DNA of 64,000 bases from Lama guanicoe. Taxonomy: Eukaryota. Position 1 is the stretch's first letter. Every line of letters starts with the position of its first letter. The DNA is taken from assembly GCA_013239625.1 (NCBI GenBank), contig MU054187.1, positions 7,017,757 to 7,081,756 on the forward strand, in the 5' to 3' direction. The translations under genes and the position numbers were made by a program. Under the pieces are notes generated by a model. It had not been told where the DNA came from and did not search any database. It was given only the letters and a program-made list of their open reading frames with translations. This document shows positions 36,271 through 49,409 of this stretch, piece after piece.

Positions 36271-38819
36271 CTGGAAAACCCTTTGGCAATGGGGTCCGGC
36301 TGTGCTGACTCCAGCTCAGGGCTCACTCACCGCACAGTTGAACCAAAGCTTGCCCCCATTCGATCAGTCTAAGCAAGGAATTTTCAGTCTAGTCATTGAA
36401 CACTGAGTTTGGGGACACCTTATATTTGTAAGTGTCATTTGTAGTTACATGCTTTTATTAAAATCATCATGCCCTTTTAATTTAATAGCTTTTAATGATA
36501 TGCTTACTGCTGAAATTTTGTAAACATTAAAAAGGCAGAAAACTATAAATAGACACAAGAAGAAATAAGCAGTTTTAAACTAGACTGCTAATAATGCTCA
36601 TCTTATATTGCCTCCCAAGGGGCATAAAAACTGATATAGCCAGCATTCTGACCAGAGCTGTGCTACATGGGGAAAAGTCACATGTTTTAATAACCCCAGT
36701 GAGTTTCTGGTCTTTACCACAGTCCTGCCTAATTGATGTTGAAAGTGCTAGGTATCAGGGCTTGTCCAGAGCCTCCTGGATGGCGATCAGAGATGGAGAG
36801 AGCTCCCATGCAAGGAGCAGAACCACAGAGAAGGGAATTCCATGCAGCACCATCTCGCCCTCTGACTCTGGCTGACATGCGGAACTGCTGAAACAAGTTT
36901 AGTAGGACATCCACTTGCGTTGCTTGTCCCAAGCTCACGTGCATCCATTCATTCATTCACTCACACATGCATCTATTCAACAGACCTCATGGTAGAGTTA
37001 AAATGAATATGAAGAGTAGGTTTCTGTGGTGTCAGGGAATTTGGGAAGAGAGACCCTTCTGCCTCTTTGAAAAGAGCTACTCCAGACCCTCCTTCAAAAA
37101 GGCAGAGCTAACATGGGTTGTGCTGTGTGATTAGATTAAACTAATTTTAGTGCCTCTTTGGGGGAGCAGAAGTTTCATTTGCTCTGTATTGTTTATGCAA
37201 TTAGTTTCTTGGTGGGAATGCTTTAATTTCAGTCTGTGGTCTCCAATTTTCCTGCCTCCTCACCGGAGCCGTGATTCCCCAGTATCTCTGTAACTACAAT
37301 GGGTATGCTCCGCTTAATGGGTATGAGCTTTAGAGAATAATGTCATTTCTGAACACTTAATGAGTTTCACAGTTAAGAAGGCATTGAAGTTCAAGGTCTT
37401 AAAAAAAAAAAGACATTTCCTTAATGATACAGCTGCCAACTAAGGAGTTGATAATCTGGAAAAGAAGTTGTTTCTTCTGCTCTAGGCTAAAGTAAATTCT
37501 GTATGTCTTACCTTGACAAAATTCAAAGTGTTTGAAGTGCTTTTTGATAGCTATTACAGAAAGAGGAAACTTCTAAACTATGTCATTCAATAGCTTTTAG
37601 TCATGAAAATGTAGAACTTGAGGGAAAGAAAGAGAATGACAAATTATAGCAAAATGAACTACTGAACATAAAATGCTTGTCTCCATTGTAGACTTGAAGA
37701 TGAATAGTGGAAGATGGGATGTACATTCTCTTTTAGCAACAAAAACCAGTGATGATAATTGAAGCAAAGTTCAGTGGAATACAAGATATGTGGGTAGTGA
37801 CTTCTAGATATAACCTGAATTTTCTTTTCAAGCTCCTGGCACAAGTTGTAAAGGTGTCTGTTGCCTTGCAGGCAATTTAGTTTAGAATAAACTCTTACAA
37901 TAGGAGCAGAAAATGGCCTGCTAATCCTATAATTCACTTCTAACCCACCAGTTCCTGCTTGGTTCCAGGCCTATTTTCAGTAGAGACATACCAAAGACCT
38001 TCATCCTATTTCACAGAGGGCAATTCCAATTAGGAGAAGCCCCTTAAGCATCTAGGAGAGACCCAGAATACCCCTGATAAAATGCACCGAGAGCCGAATT
38101 TGAACTTGATGTTGAGAGCCAGTCTGGTGCGGTGCAGCTGGGGCTTTGATTCCCATGCCCTTGGGTATTTATGTTTCTCTGGGATTTCGTTTACTGATTG
38201 CTGCAGACTGAGTTTCTGGCATTGTCAGCCTGGGTGTATTAACTACAAAAATCTTAGGATTAACATTAGTCAGCCTATTGGCACCTACTGTTGAAGTGGC
38301 TGAGTGGGAAAGGGGAAGGTGGGTAAGCCGCTTTACTTGGCATTCATGCATTCATACCCTCTCTTGTTGCTTGGTTTCTTTTATTTGGTTTTTAGAACAT
38401 TGCAAGGTGTGTGTGTGTGTTTAACAGATGCACATTGATAATGACTGTACTTTACCATCACACGTGAGGAAGGTTTGTAATCATCAAGCCTTTGGGATGG
38501 ATTGAGAATAATATTTAACAGTGTAAAACAAGAACCCTGGTGGCTTTGTCAAAAAAAAAAAAGGGCCATAAAGATAGCAGATCGCAACTGTTGTCGCTGA
38601 GCAGGGCAGAACTGGTCTGAAGAATGCTTATTTCTGTAGTCTCCAGTTTTGGGTTTATCTTATTCAACTCCGTTGTTGAGATTCTGTAACGTCATTGCTT
38701 TCCTCCTCGGACTTGCTTCTGAAATGTCAGCTTTTACATTGGATTATGAAGACCGTCCTTCGGCTGCCTTCTGCTGATCGCATTCCTACCTCCAGCTCCA
38801 CTCTCGAACCCAAGTGGCG

Positions 38820-39490
38820 TCTTCATGCTTCAGCTTTGTTATAGGAGTCTGTTCAGTTGCCTCTTGCATTCCACTGTCCTATGCACTCCACCGCGTGCGC
38901 CTTGTGGTATCGGCAGAAGCCCGACAGACAAAGCAAGTGCATTTCAAGCCTCTGCGTGGATTACATCTGATACAGTCTCATTGGTCAAAGCAGATTACAT
39001 GGCTAAGTCCTAAGTCAGTGAGTGTGTCTTAGTCAACTCACGCTGCAATAGCAAAATACCATACAGTAGGTGGTTGTACAGTAGACATTTATTTCTCACA
39101 GGTCTGGAGGCTGGGAAGTCCGAGGTCAAGGCACAAGCAGGTCCAGTTCTTGGTCAGAGATCTCCTCCTGGCTTGCACGCAGCCTCCGCCTCGCTGTGGG
39201 CTCACAGGGCCTTTCCCCCATGCCTGTGCCTGGAGAGGGGCCTCTCTTCTTACAAGGTCACTAATCCCATCATGAGCCCCCCCCCCAGGACCTGATCTTA
39301 ATTTAGTTACCTCCCCAAAGCCCCACCTCCAAATACCATCATATTGCGGGTTAGGGTGTCAATACATGAATTTTGGAAAAACACATTCAGTCCATAACAG
39401 AATGGCCATTTTAGGGAGGAGCTGAAAAGTTACAAGGCAAAGATCCCAGATACATGATGAATAAAGAATTGGGTCAATGACTCAGTCTAC
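38820..39490 (-). mobile_element. Old MaLR LTR (MLT1J/K/L-like), split by an MLT1A insertion
   Basis: 'tttcaagcctctgc...cattggtcaaagcagattacatggctaagtcc' resumes after 39404 with 'gggaggagctgaaaagttacaaggcaaag...gaattggg...cagtctac'. Confidence 0.7.
39025..39399 (-). mobile_element. MLT1A-like MaLR solo LTR
   Basis: TGTCTTAGTC...'acatttatttctcacaggtctggaggctgggaagtccgaggtcaagg'...'cacctccaaataccatca'...CAGTCCATAACA. 5-bp TSD GAGTG/GAATG. Confidence 0.92.
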
Positions 39491-42400
39491 TAAGTGATTA
39501 TACATGCATTTCCCTTCATTCAGCTTGTCTTACTGTAGACTAGGACTTGGAATTGTAGCTGGGAGCAAGGCAGAGCCTCGGAGGTGATGAATCTTACAGC
39601 ATACTGGGAACACCTGACATGGAGCAAGCAAAGCACGGGTGGACTTTCCTTGCCAGACACTCTTCTTTTATTTTATTTTAGTTTTTGGAATGTTCTTCCC
39701 ACATAATACCATCTATCTGCATCTAATTATAGTTTCAAGACTGACTCAAATGTCTCCTTTTGTAGCTTTCTACCTGTAATCCTTTTTATTCCATGTTCTC
39801 CCACTTTTACCAGTTCAGATTCTCCACCAGACCCCAGGAAGGGGTTCCTTGTTGATACCTGGTTCTGTAGCAGGTGTCAGCTTGTGCCGTGTGACTGTCC
39901 TAAACATAACTAAGATAGAAGTAATGGGACACCTACACGAAAGACTGCTGTCAGGATGAAAAGGTGTTTCCTGGCCCATGATGGGAACTTGGTAGAAGCT
40001 GCCAGGGGTCACACTTTTTGAAGATAGAAGCTGGATTTTCTGTTCTTTTTGCTGCTTGTTTAGGACAGAATGCCCCTGAATGAGTCCCAAATCCAACTCT
40101 GCACTATTTATGGTATCTTCCATTTATTTGAGAGGTGTTTCATTTAACGTCTTCAAGCAAAATTAAACTTTATTTATGTTAACTTAGAAGAAAATGCTGT
40201 TTTGCATTTCATTGGGAAGGGAAATAAAATGGCAAAGGTTATAGCATCATATCTTCCAAGGGGTTGAAAGTCACTATAAATAGGAGCTTTAATCAAGGTT
40301 AGTTAATGACAAGAGGAGGACTTACATGTTCCCCTTTATTAACAATTTTGGCAGCATGTTTTTAAGGCTGTAAGCTGGCCATCCCACTGATAAAACCTTG
40401 AAACCTGAGATAAACAAGGACTACAAAAGAAGGCAGTGCCCTAGCTCTGGTCTTTTTTTTTCTTCCCCTCTCTCTCTCTCTTTTTTCTTTTTATGTCCTT
40501 GTCACTGCAAGGATTTTTCAGTTCATCAATTAATCTTCCTTTTTATTCTGTCTTGACATGCTTGAAGCATCTTCTAAGAACTGATAACACGGGGGGAGAA
40601 CTGATGATTTATTTCAAGAGGAAGATCAGACCTAATGTTTTAAGGTTGACACTAACTTCAGTGAACACTTCACGGAAGTGTGTTTGGAAGGGTCTGAATG
40701 TGTGGATGGCTGGTCACTGAGCAATGTCGCAGGGCCTGGGGATTTCAGTGTGCCAGAGAATTCTATCGTCCTCAACCCCACATGGTGAGTTGGTGTCAGA
40801 GTCTGGATTTGAACCCAAATATTCTTTTTTGTAATCCTATGCTCTTTGAATCTTGTCTGCTTTCTTGGAGATTTATTTGAGCAGTTGAAAGCTTTAGATA
40901 AGAGCATTTATCATGTCTTCCTCAACTGAGGACAAATGCAACATGGGCTTAAAGCCCAGGAGAAAAATGTCAGACTTTGTTCTAAAATGTAAGAAACGAT
41001 CAGAAGACGATTAGATGTTACCTCTGTGACACCGCATACCAGTGAGAAGGGCGAGAGAGAAGGACCCCACGGTGGGGAGGGTCTGGTCCAGGAAAGGACA
41101 GTGTTGTTGGACCTGGAAGAACAAGCTGTATTTGACGTCAGGGTGGAGGCAGAGGGGTTTGGACGGGGAGGGAGAGGGAGTCATCAGAGAGACCCAGGGA
41201 GGGAAGGAGACCCAAAGGCACCAGGGAGGGAGTGCAGCCCGATCAGCGCGCATCCCGGGAGCAGCGGGGATGGTGCCTCGGCTGTCAGGAGGGAGGAAGT
41301 GGGGTTCACTCGGCCAAATGTGACCGCTAAACAAAAGCAAAGCATCTCAGGTTTTCAGGAAATTTGAGAATATATCAGTTGTTCCTCTGTTATGCTAACT
41401 GCATGCCCATCAACAGATGTGTACGCATGTTCCTTTTTCTAGTGGTCCCGTTTATGTTGTTTTTGGCTGTTTCCAACTAGACTGAGCCGAGAATGTGGGG
41501 AAGGCAAAGATCATTGATAGCATAATTGTATTGTTCCCAAATCCCCCAGTTTTGTTGAAAATATAGTGACTCTAGGAAAGAACAGGATGTAGAGGAAGAA
41601 ATCACACCCTGACTCTCCATGAGGGCTGTGGGAGGTCCCACCCCCAGCCCTCAGCCCCGAAAGCCCATAAATCCTAAATCTTTCTCTTCTCTCTTTTGAA
41701 AATTGCTCTTCCGGGGGCAGAATAATCTCGGATGCAACCTGGATTGTGCTCCTTTCAGACTTTCTGCTCAGGGCTGACATGCTTCTCTTGCCAACCTTCC
41801 TTGGCTTTCTCAACTCCCTCCGCCTTACAAAGCTGTCTCCTCACACGTGTCTTTTCCGAGTCGCCTCATCTCTCAGGGCTGTTGCTGATTCTAAGCTTTT
41901 CCTGCTCTTGAGGCTCCCCTTCTGGACTCAGACTCGATTCTACCCTCTCCACCGCTGATGTCTGAGCTTTCTGCAAAATGTGCATCCTTGCTGTTGTGTA
42001 ATCTGTACGACGGGGCCAGACCTTCCCCGACATTCTTCCTCCTCTAAGTTTTTGTTTTATGGTCGCTCACTTAAAAGCTGAAATCAATCTCTGTAGCAAA
42101 TGTAAGCCACTGGACTTCCACTCACTGTGTGTGAATATTCAAATCGGTGCTCCGGGATGTGTGCAAAGTGAAATCATCCACTCGAGTGACTGTCCTCGGT
42201 ATTTACCAACCATACAACTGTGCTAAGTGATGAGTCATGTCTCAGACACAGCATTTGTCCTAAGTGGATACATTTTAAATACCAATATAACCTCATTGGA
42301 TATTATGTTTAAGTTAAAGAGGGTTTGAATGGTCCCCGTTTTCTAGATGTGCCGTAGAGCTGCCCAGAGCTCTGTCTGCAGTCTGTCCTGCAGCGACCCT

Positions 42401-42889
42401 TGCCACCACGGCAGGTGGCCATCAGGGGGATGGAGCCCAGCACTGAGCGTCAGCATTCACATCTGACCTCCCGAGACAGTGAGGAAAATCTGTCGCTTTC
42501 TCAGATATGCATATTCTTCCCTCTCCGTCGCTGGTTGTACCTAAAGAAGCCTTCCTATAGGCATTCAAATATACAGAAAAAAGTACCTTCTCTTTCTTCC
42601 CCTTGTTCCTGCATCCTCTGTCCTGTCTTTAGTCTTCCTGTCACTGCTAAATGTCACAAAGAACAGGCTTTATTTCTTCGTTCCTCCTCACCACCCAGCC
42701 CTCCAGTCTTGCTCCTGGGCTCTCCTGATAACCTGACGGTTCACACGATGCTGCCCTTGCCGGGTCCCTAATGGGTTTCCCTTTGCAAAATTCAGTGGCC
42801 CCTTCCTGTTTCTCACCCTCCTGTAATGTTTCTAGGTTATGCCACCTGCTCCTTCTGGACACGCCCCTCTAGACTCCGGTGCCGCTCTC

Positions 42890-43960
42890 CCCTTCATTTC
42901 TCACTCCTCCTGCTACTTCTTCTCAGCTTCCCCTTCTGACTTCTTCTTCTCCACCAACCCTTCAGGAGTAACATTCCTACTCTTCTTTGTTCCCATGTGT
43001 CCTTCCCAAATTCCCTCAGATGCTTCCCCAGCCGTCATCTACTCTCAGGTGACTTGAAATCCCGCGCCCCAGGTATTCTCGGGGGCACCACGTGCACATC
43101 TGTAACGGCTTTCTGGGGGTGACTGTTCTTCTGGGTTCAAGCTCACCGCGTCCAGAATGAAACTGGACTGTGAAGAAGACCATGAAGGGCACGACCTTGT
43201 CCTCTGATGGACCAGGGGGAGATTTCTGCCTCTAAATTGCTGCAGGACCATGGAGAAGACACTGAAACTCCTCGTGCAGCTGGAGAAAAACGGCGAGGGG
43301 ACCTACTTTGTAGAGTGACTGTGAATATAAAGTGTCTGGAACCAAACCTGGCAAGTGGTTGTCATTCCACACAGAGGAGATCCGTCTCTTCAGTGCCTCT
43401 CTCTTGTATTTCTGTTGCTCTAATCAAAACGTCGTCATCCCAGAGCCATCTTCTCTTCTCCTCCCTCCCAGTCCTCACTTCCAATCACTGGCTGGGTCGT
43501 GTCCATTCTACTCCAGCTTCCCTCGAAGTCTGTCCCGAGCCGTATAGGCTTTAGTGCTGGCTGTTTGCTCCCTACAGTATTGTAACAACAACATTCTGAT
43601 TTCTCGAAACTATCCATTCTATTGTCATCAGACTTTTGTTCTACTTTGTTTGCTTGAAACACAGAAATAAGCACGTCAGGCTTCTCAGAACCCCTGGGGA
43701 GCTCACTGCTGCCTAGGGTGGATGCCGCACTTCCTCAGCTCAGTGTCCTTGTCCTGTACAGTGTTACCCTACCGTCTTCTCCAGATTCTTCTCCCACTAG
43801 TTTACGCGCTAGCAACACTAGGTTATTCAGTGTCCCCCAGACAGCCATCGGTGTCAGTGACACTCCTTCACTTTAGAAGCCCTTCTCCCCAGAACAAAGC
43901 GCCAGTGACTTTAGCCGCTTCTCTCTTTTGGTTTCTGTGTCACTTAAATATCTTTTTTAG
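42890..43960 (+). mobile_element. Fragmented L2 LINE (with a small MIR piece at ~43290-43360)
   Basis: Pyrimidine-rich L2 phrases ('ttcaagctcaccgcgtccagaatgaaact', 'gtcatcccagagccatcttctcttctcctccctc...tccaatcactgg...tccattcta'). Confidence 0.55.
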
Positions 43961-44760
43961 TGCTTTTTCATCTTATCATAGTTAGTATGCAAGTATTCTT
44001 TTTTTCCCCACAAGCTAAGTCCTTTGAGAGCAGACGACACAAATGTAATGAAGCTAGAAAAAAGAAAGAAGAAACAGTAAAGGAAGAACCAAGAAAAGCA
44101 GTTCTGCTGATGATAAAGTCAACATGGCAATCGGCAAGGACTGGTGATGCACAAAACCCAGCCCTGAGCCACTCTTCAGTCAAGATTTAGTCATTAATTC
44201 ATTCAGTTCACAAATAATTTAGGGGTGAATCCCTTGTGTTTAGCACTAGGAAAGTACTAAACACAAGGAAAGCACTTAGTTGAAAGTAACTAAGAACAAG
44301 ACAGATCTGGCTCCTACTCCCAAAAAAAAAAAAATTGTGGGACTAAGTCACATACTTGAAACGATCTTAGGGGACTGTCTACAACCGTTCACCATGAGTA
44401 TGACGAGGAAAATTTCTCCTGGTTCTAAACTTTGAGGGAAACTTCCCATTTGTGGTACATTACGTAAAATATATTGAGTGAAATAAAGGGTAAGGCCCTC
44501 AACAATGCTTTCATAATCAAAACAGAAGCATAACTTTATATGACTTAATGAATATTGAATAGCAATTAATATTCCCTACTCTGTGGAAGGGACTTGCTAT
44601 ATGGTTGTTGACATCAAGCACTGTTACCTGATTTTGTCCATCTTTTTACCAAATGTAACCAGACCTACCTCTAATAGTAATTGTTGACATTTTAGTCACA
44701 ACAGTTTTGTGTACTTATTTGAGATATTAGCACTAAGGAATCCTTATTTGCCAGCCCACC

Positions 44761-45238
44761 TGTGTTGGTCTTCTGTTGCTGCTATAAAGAGTTACCACAA
44801 AGCAGTGGCTCAGAATAACCACATTATCTTACAGCTCTGCAGGTTGGAAGCCCCCATACAGTTCCCACTGGGCTCAAATCCAGGTGCTGGCAGGACTTGG
44901 TTCCTTCATGGAGACACTAAGGCAGAATCTGTTCCATGGCCTTTTCCAGCTTCTAGAGACCACCCTGTCCCTTGGCTGGTGCACCCCCTCTTTAAAGCCA
45001 GCAACATTGCGTCTCTCTGGCCACACCTGCCTCTGACTACGGCTGGGGCAGAGCCTCTGCTTTCAGGACCCATGTGATGAGACTGGGCACACCTGGATAA
45101 CCCAGACTGGTCTCATTGTAAGGTCTTTAATTTAATCACCTTGGCAAAGGCTTTTTTGTCATTCAAAGGAATATATCCAATAACCTGGAGATGAGTGTGA
45201 CCACATCTGGGGGGGGAGCCTTTATTCTGTCTGCCGAA
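44761..45238 (-). mobile_element. MLT1D-like MaLR solo LTR
   Basis: TGTGTTGGTC..'tgttgctgctataaagagttaccacaaa', 'ccttttccagcttctagag', 'ggacccatgtgatgagactgggcacacctggataacccag', end 'ttattctgtctgcc'. Confidence 0.88.
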
Positions 45239-47407
45239 CTGCCTTACTGACTTGCTCATTTACAGTGGAGAGTGTGACTTTCCAACTCCCTGCTCAAAGG
45301 AGAGAGCTACACGTGGACCCTTTCCCTGAAGCCGTAACTAAAGTTACATTTCCTTCGAATCCATGAGTAACTGTGTGTGGGGATGTGTGTGCCTCTGCGA
45401 ATTAGGACATACACATTTTTTCTGCTTTTTAAGAGAATTAAAGAGGGTGTCTGGGTGACCACGTCCAAATCTGCTTCCTTTACAGGGATCAGTGGAGATC
45501 CCTCCTCTCCTCCCCTATCTCTTTTTAATGCTTTGCCCGACTCTACACCTGATGTAGAATTGATAATAGGTTAAAAGCATCTCTTCCATTTCTTTGACAG
45601 AAGCAAAATGAGGCAATAAAAATATCTCCCAACCCTGGGAAGCTCCTGCATAAATGACTGGTGTTTACTGCGAACGTAAAATGTTTTTGACTGTGAACAT
45701 GCGGCTTATGTGATCTTCTGAATAAAGATAATTCTGCACCGTGTGAATAATTTCCCATTGTTTTCCAAAGTGTGTGACTGGTTAGGAAAAAAAAAATTTC
45801 TATTATGTGTTTGTCGGCTTCGCTGTACCAAATTGAGACAATCTTGAATATTGTGGATACAACCAGATGGACGAGGATTTCTGATTGAGCCTCGAATGTG
45901 AACAAAGCATAAAATGCTGCTCGTGGATTATGAGTTAGTTACTCGCTGGGATTTATTGAAAACCAGCAGCATCGGTACCTCAGCAGCTGCCTGGGACTGC
46001 ACACAGCACACATGCAGTAAATACTGCTGTCTGAATGAAAGAATCATGTCTCACTTTTCCCCTCTAGCCAACAGGGTTTGATTGTGTTCTTCCCAGGCAA
46101 CCTAATTTGAATCCTGTAGGAATGACTGACCTATGGGGCAGACCGGTGCCTCAGGCCACAGCTGTCCCCACGTAGCTCCGGCTGACGGCCACTCCCAGGT
46201 CCTCACAGGGCTTTCTGCTCGATGCCTTCACCTTCCCCGAAATGTTAAAAGCATACACCACTGGTTGAAACTGCAAAGCTGCCCATCATTTCTCTCTTGG
46301 TCTCTTTTTTAAAAGCAGTGTCCCAGGCCGGATGGAGGAGACATTATTAATATGACTCTCTTTTCCTTTCTGTTACAAACCTGCTCCCACCTCCCACGGT
46401 TGTAACAAATTATTCAGCACATTCAAAGCTGTTCCACATGGGATCTGTAAACGTCACCATGCCTGTACTGGGCCGCCCACTGCCCCGGCCACTGATGGAG
46501 TGCAGGCTTGCAGAAAGGACACGAAGAAAGGGATGGGGGCTGAGATGGTATCGGGTGACCTTCAGAAAGACTCTGCCAGCTCATCGGGGTGCCTGAAAGA
46601 ACCACATTTCCATTCCACAGGATAAAAAGTGCTGGAAAACATCCTGGGGTGTGGTTCTTCAGGCTCAGCTGAAACAGACATCTGCCACAACTTAGGGGTG
46701 CGGCCTCCATAAGGAAGGTGGGACATTATTGTTTCTCAGGAAATAATTCCTCTGACTCCTCTTTCTCTAGATAGTCACTGAAACTGGTGCACTGGGCCAG
46801 GGAGACAGCAGGTCTCGAAAACCCGGAGAGATTTTGATTGGAGAGCAGTGAGACTTTCCCACAAATGCAGAGAAGCTGCACAAGAAAGAGGAAGCTGATC
46901 TGTTCATAGGAGAACCGCGGTCACTCCCGGCCAGGCTTCCCAACTGAAGACCTTTTTTGGCTCAGTTTTCAGTCCTTAGCTTCAGACTCACTTTTGCCCC
47001 TTCTCCCTCCACCGTGGACCTCACTTTTTGAATCTTTCTTTACTTTCTAGCCCACTCAAACCAAGGCACAACCACCAGGTTCTCTGTGCGTCCCATCATA
47101 AATGTCCCATCCACGGTCACGCTAGGCTGTGGCTCCTGCAACTAGAGTGGGACCCACACGCCCAGCCTCTCGTCTGCTGGGGACCAGTTAGCCATGCCTC
47201 CTGCCCGAGTCTGTTGGGAGGACCTCCAAAATAACGTGTCTCAAATGCTCAAAGCATTCTTCCCAGATGGCATGGTCAGTAGTTCACAGTGAGGGAGATT
47301 CAGTCCCTCCTTGTCCTCACCTTTCAGCCTGGCCCGCATATTCATGTGAGTTTTATTATGGGTTTTCTTTCAGTATAGAGATATTTAAGCATGAATTTTT
47401 CAATAAG

Positions 47408-47572
47408 TTTTTTTAACATTTTATTGAAGTATTAAACATACCTTCAGAAATGTATACCAATTGTAAGTGTGTAATGGTACACATAGTAACCACCCCAGTG
47501 TAACAAACACCCAGAAAAAGAAAGAACATTACCATTATCAGTAACCCCAGTGTGCCCTCATGCCTCTGCACA
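47408..47572 (-). mobile_element. Old L1 (L1MD/ME-type) 3' end
   Basis: 'ttttattgaagtattaaacatac...aagtgtgta...gtaaccacc...agaacattacca...ccccag'. Confidence 0.7.
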
Positions 47573-47589
47573 ATTCAGTAGAGTTTCTT

Positions 47590-47770
47590 TTGTCTCTTTT
47601 TTTAATTTAATTTTATTTTTATTGAAGTATAGTTGATTTGCAATGTTGTGTTGGTTTCTGGTGCACAGCAAAGAGATTCAGTTATATACAGGTATACAGA
47701 TCTATTCTTTTTCAGATTCTTTTCCATTGTAGGTTATTACAAGATATGGAATATGGTTCCCTGTGTTACA
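47590..47770 (-). mobile_element. 5'-truncated cetartiodactyl-type L1 3' end
   Basis: 'tttattgaagtatagttgatttgcaatgttgtgttggtttctggtgcacagcaaagagattcagttata...ttcagattcttttccattgtaggttattacaagata'. Degenerate TSD CAGTAGAGTTTCTT/CAGCAGAGGTTTTT. Confidence 0.9.
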
Positions 47771-49409
47771 CAGCAGAGGTTTTTAAAGAAAAGTCTTTTT
47801 GGAATTTGTCGCTTCTTTCCGTACTCATCAGTCATGCATGGTCCCCTCCGAATAGGCGCCGCTTGGTACTATCTTTAGGGAAGCGCTGGCTTTCTTTGTG
47901 GGGTCCAGCTTATCGTCTTATGGGGAGAGCAAAAATACCCAGCGCAAGGGACGGACAGCTGAAGGACCTGCAGTGAAATGAGTGCCAGACCAGCGTAAAC
48001 TACAGAGCCCTGGTCACAGGGAGCAGGGGAGGGGAGTGCAGCGGGGTTTCATCTAGAAAAGCTTTGTCAAAGGCTGAGAAAAGCATTTAGAGACACATGT
48101 CTTCTTATCCTTCACCTCACTTTCTCCTTGGTCCCGCCCATCCTGGTCTGCTGTCTCAGAACCACCTTGACCACCCACCGGGCCATCTGCCCAGGTGCAG
48201 GGTCCCAGCCGGGGAGACTTGTGGCTCTTGTTCTTTACACCCTTTGTCTGTTGCTTTCACTTACGAATGTGCTCCATATGCTCACTTCCTTTGTTGCCAG
48301 TGCTGCCTGCCCCCGGGTTAACAAAAACAGCCTTGGGTTGATCTCTGGGCTATTAATGAAATGCAGGGGCTGTTGCAGTCTTACCTTGAAGCACCATAAG
48401 CAGCCAAGTGCCAGAGTGCACGGTCACCACCACGCTGCCGTGAGATACGGGTCCATGATTCCAGCAATGTGCCATTCTCCGTGAAGCTGCGCCTGAAATT
48501 GCTGTGAGCTCTTTCCTCTGACCTTGACTATTTTACTAAAAATTTTCTTTCTTATCATCACTCTCCAATATCTCTATTGCTAGCTTCATACATGTTGAAA
48601 CATTTAGTCCTTTCATTAAGTCACTCAGTTGGTTAAGGAGCTCCCATGGACAAAACGCTGCATCAGGTGCCAGGAAATTAAGATAATTTGGACGAATCTT
48701 TCCCTGGAGCGAATTAAGGTCCAGCAAGGGGCACAGGCAAGCGTGAGGACACCTATACTTTACATGGTCAGAGAGATTTACGGAAAGGGAAATAGATGGA
48801 TGGGGGTGGGAAGAGGGAGTAGTTCCTTAGGACTGGGAAGCGGAGAGAAAAACCACGTGATGGAAAGTGACACTTAAAAGGGCCTTGGAATTTGGGTTGA
48901 TTTGGGATGCGTGAAGATTTTGGTAAAGGGTCTCTTGGGAGAGGAATCAAAATGAATAAAGGGGAGAATGGACACAAAATGGTGAAGAGTTAGGTGTTAC
49001 GTCTGTTGGAAATGCTTTCAGATGAAGGTGCAACAACTCCTAAACTAGCTTTACGTGAAGGGGCATTCACGGTTTATTCTACGGGAGCCTGGAGGTAGCT
49101 GGTCCCGGGTCTTGCTGAGTCCTCAGGGACCCAGGCTTCCCTTCCTTCTCCGCACCATCCTCAGCACGTGGGCTTTTGCTGCCACTTGGCCCTGGCAGCT
49201 CACCTCCGTCCTGAGACTCGTGGCCGTCACTAGGTCAATCGCTGCAAAAACAGAAGGACTTGCTGTGCTTGTCTTGGACCGTTTATGATTGAGTCCCGTT
49301 TGGAAACAAGGTCTGTTAGCAAGAAGGGGAAGGAAGCGGAGGAGAGAGGGAACGGCCTGGACGTTGAGTCTCAGCAGCACGGTGGGAGGTAAGTGCGGAT
49401 AACATGCGG

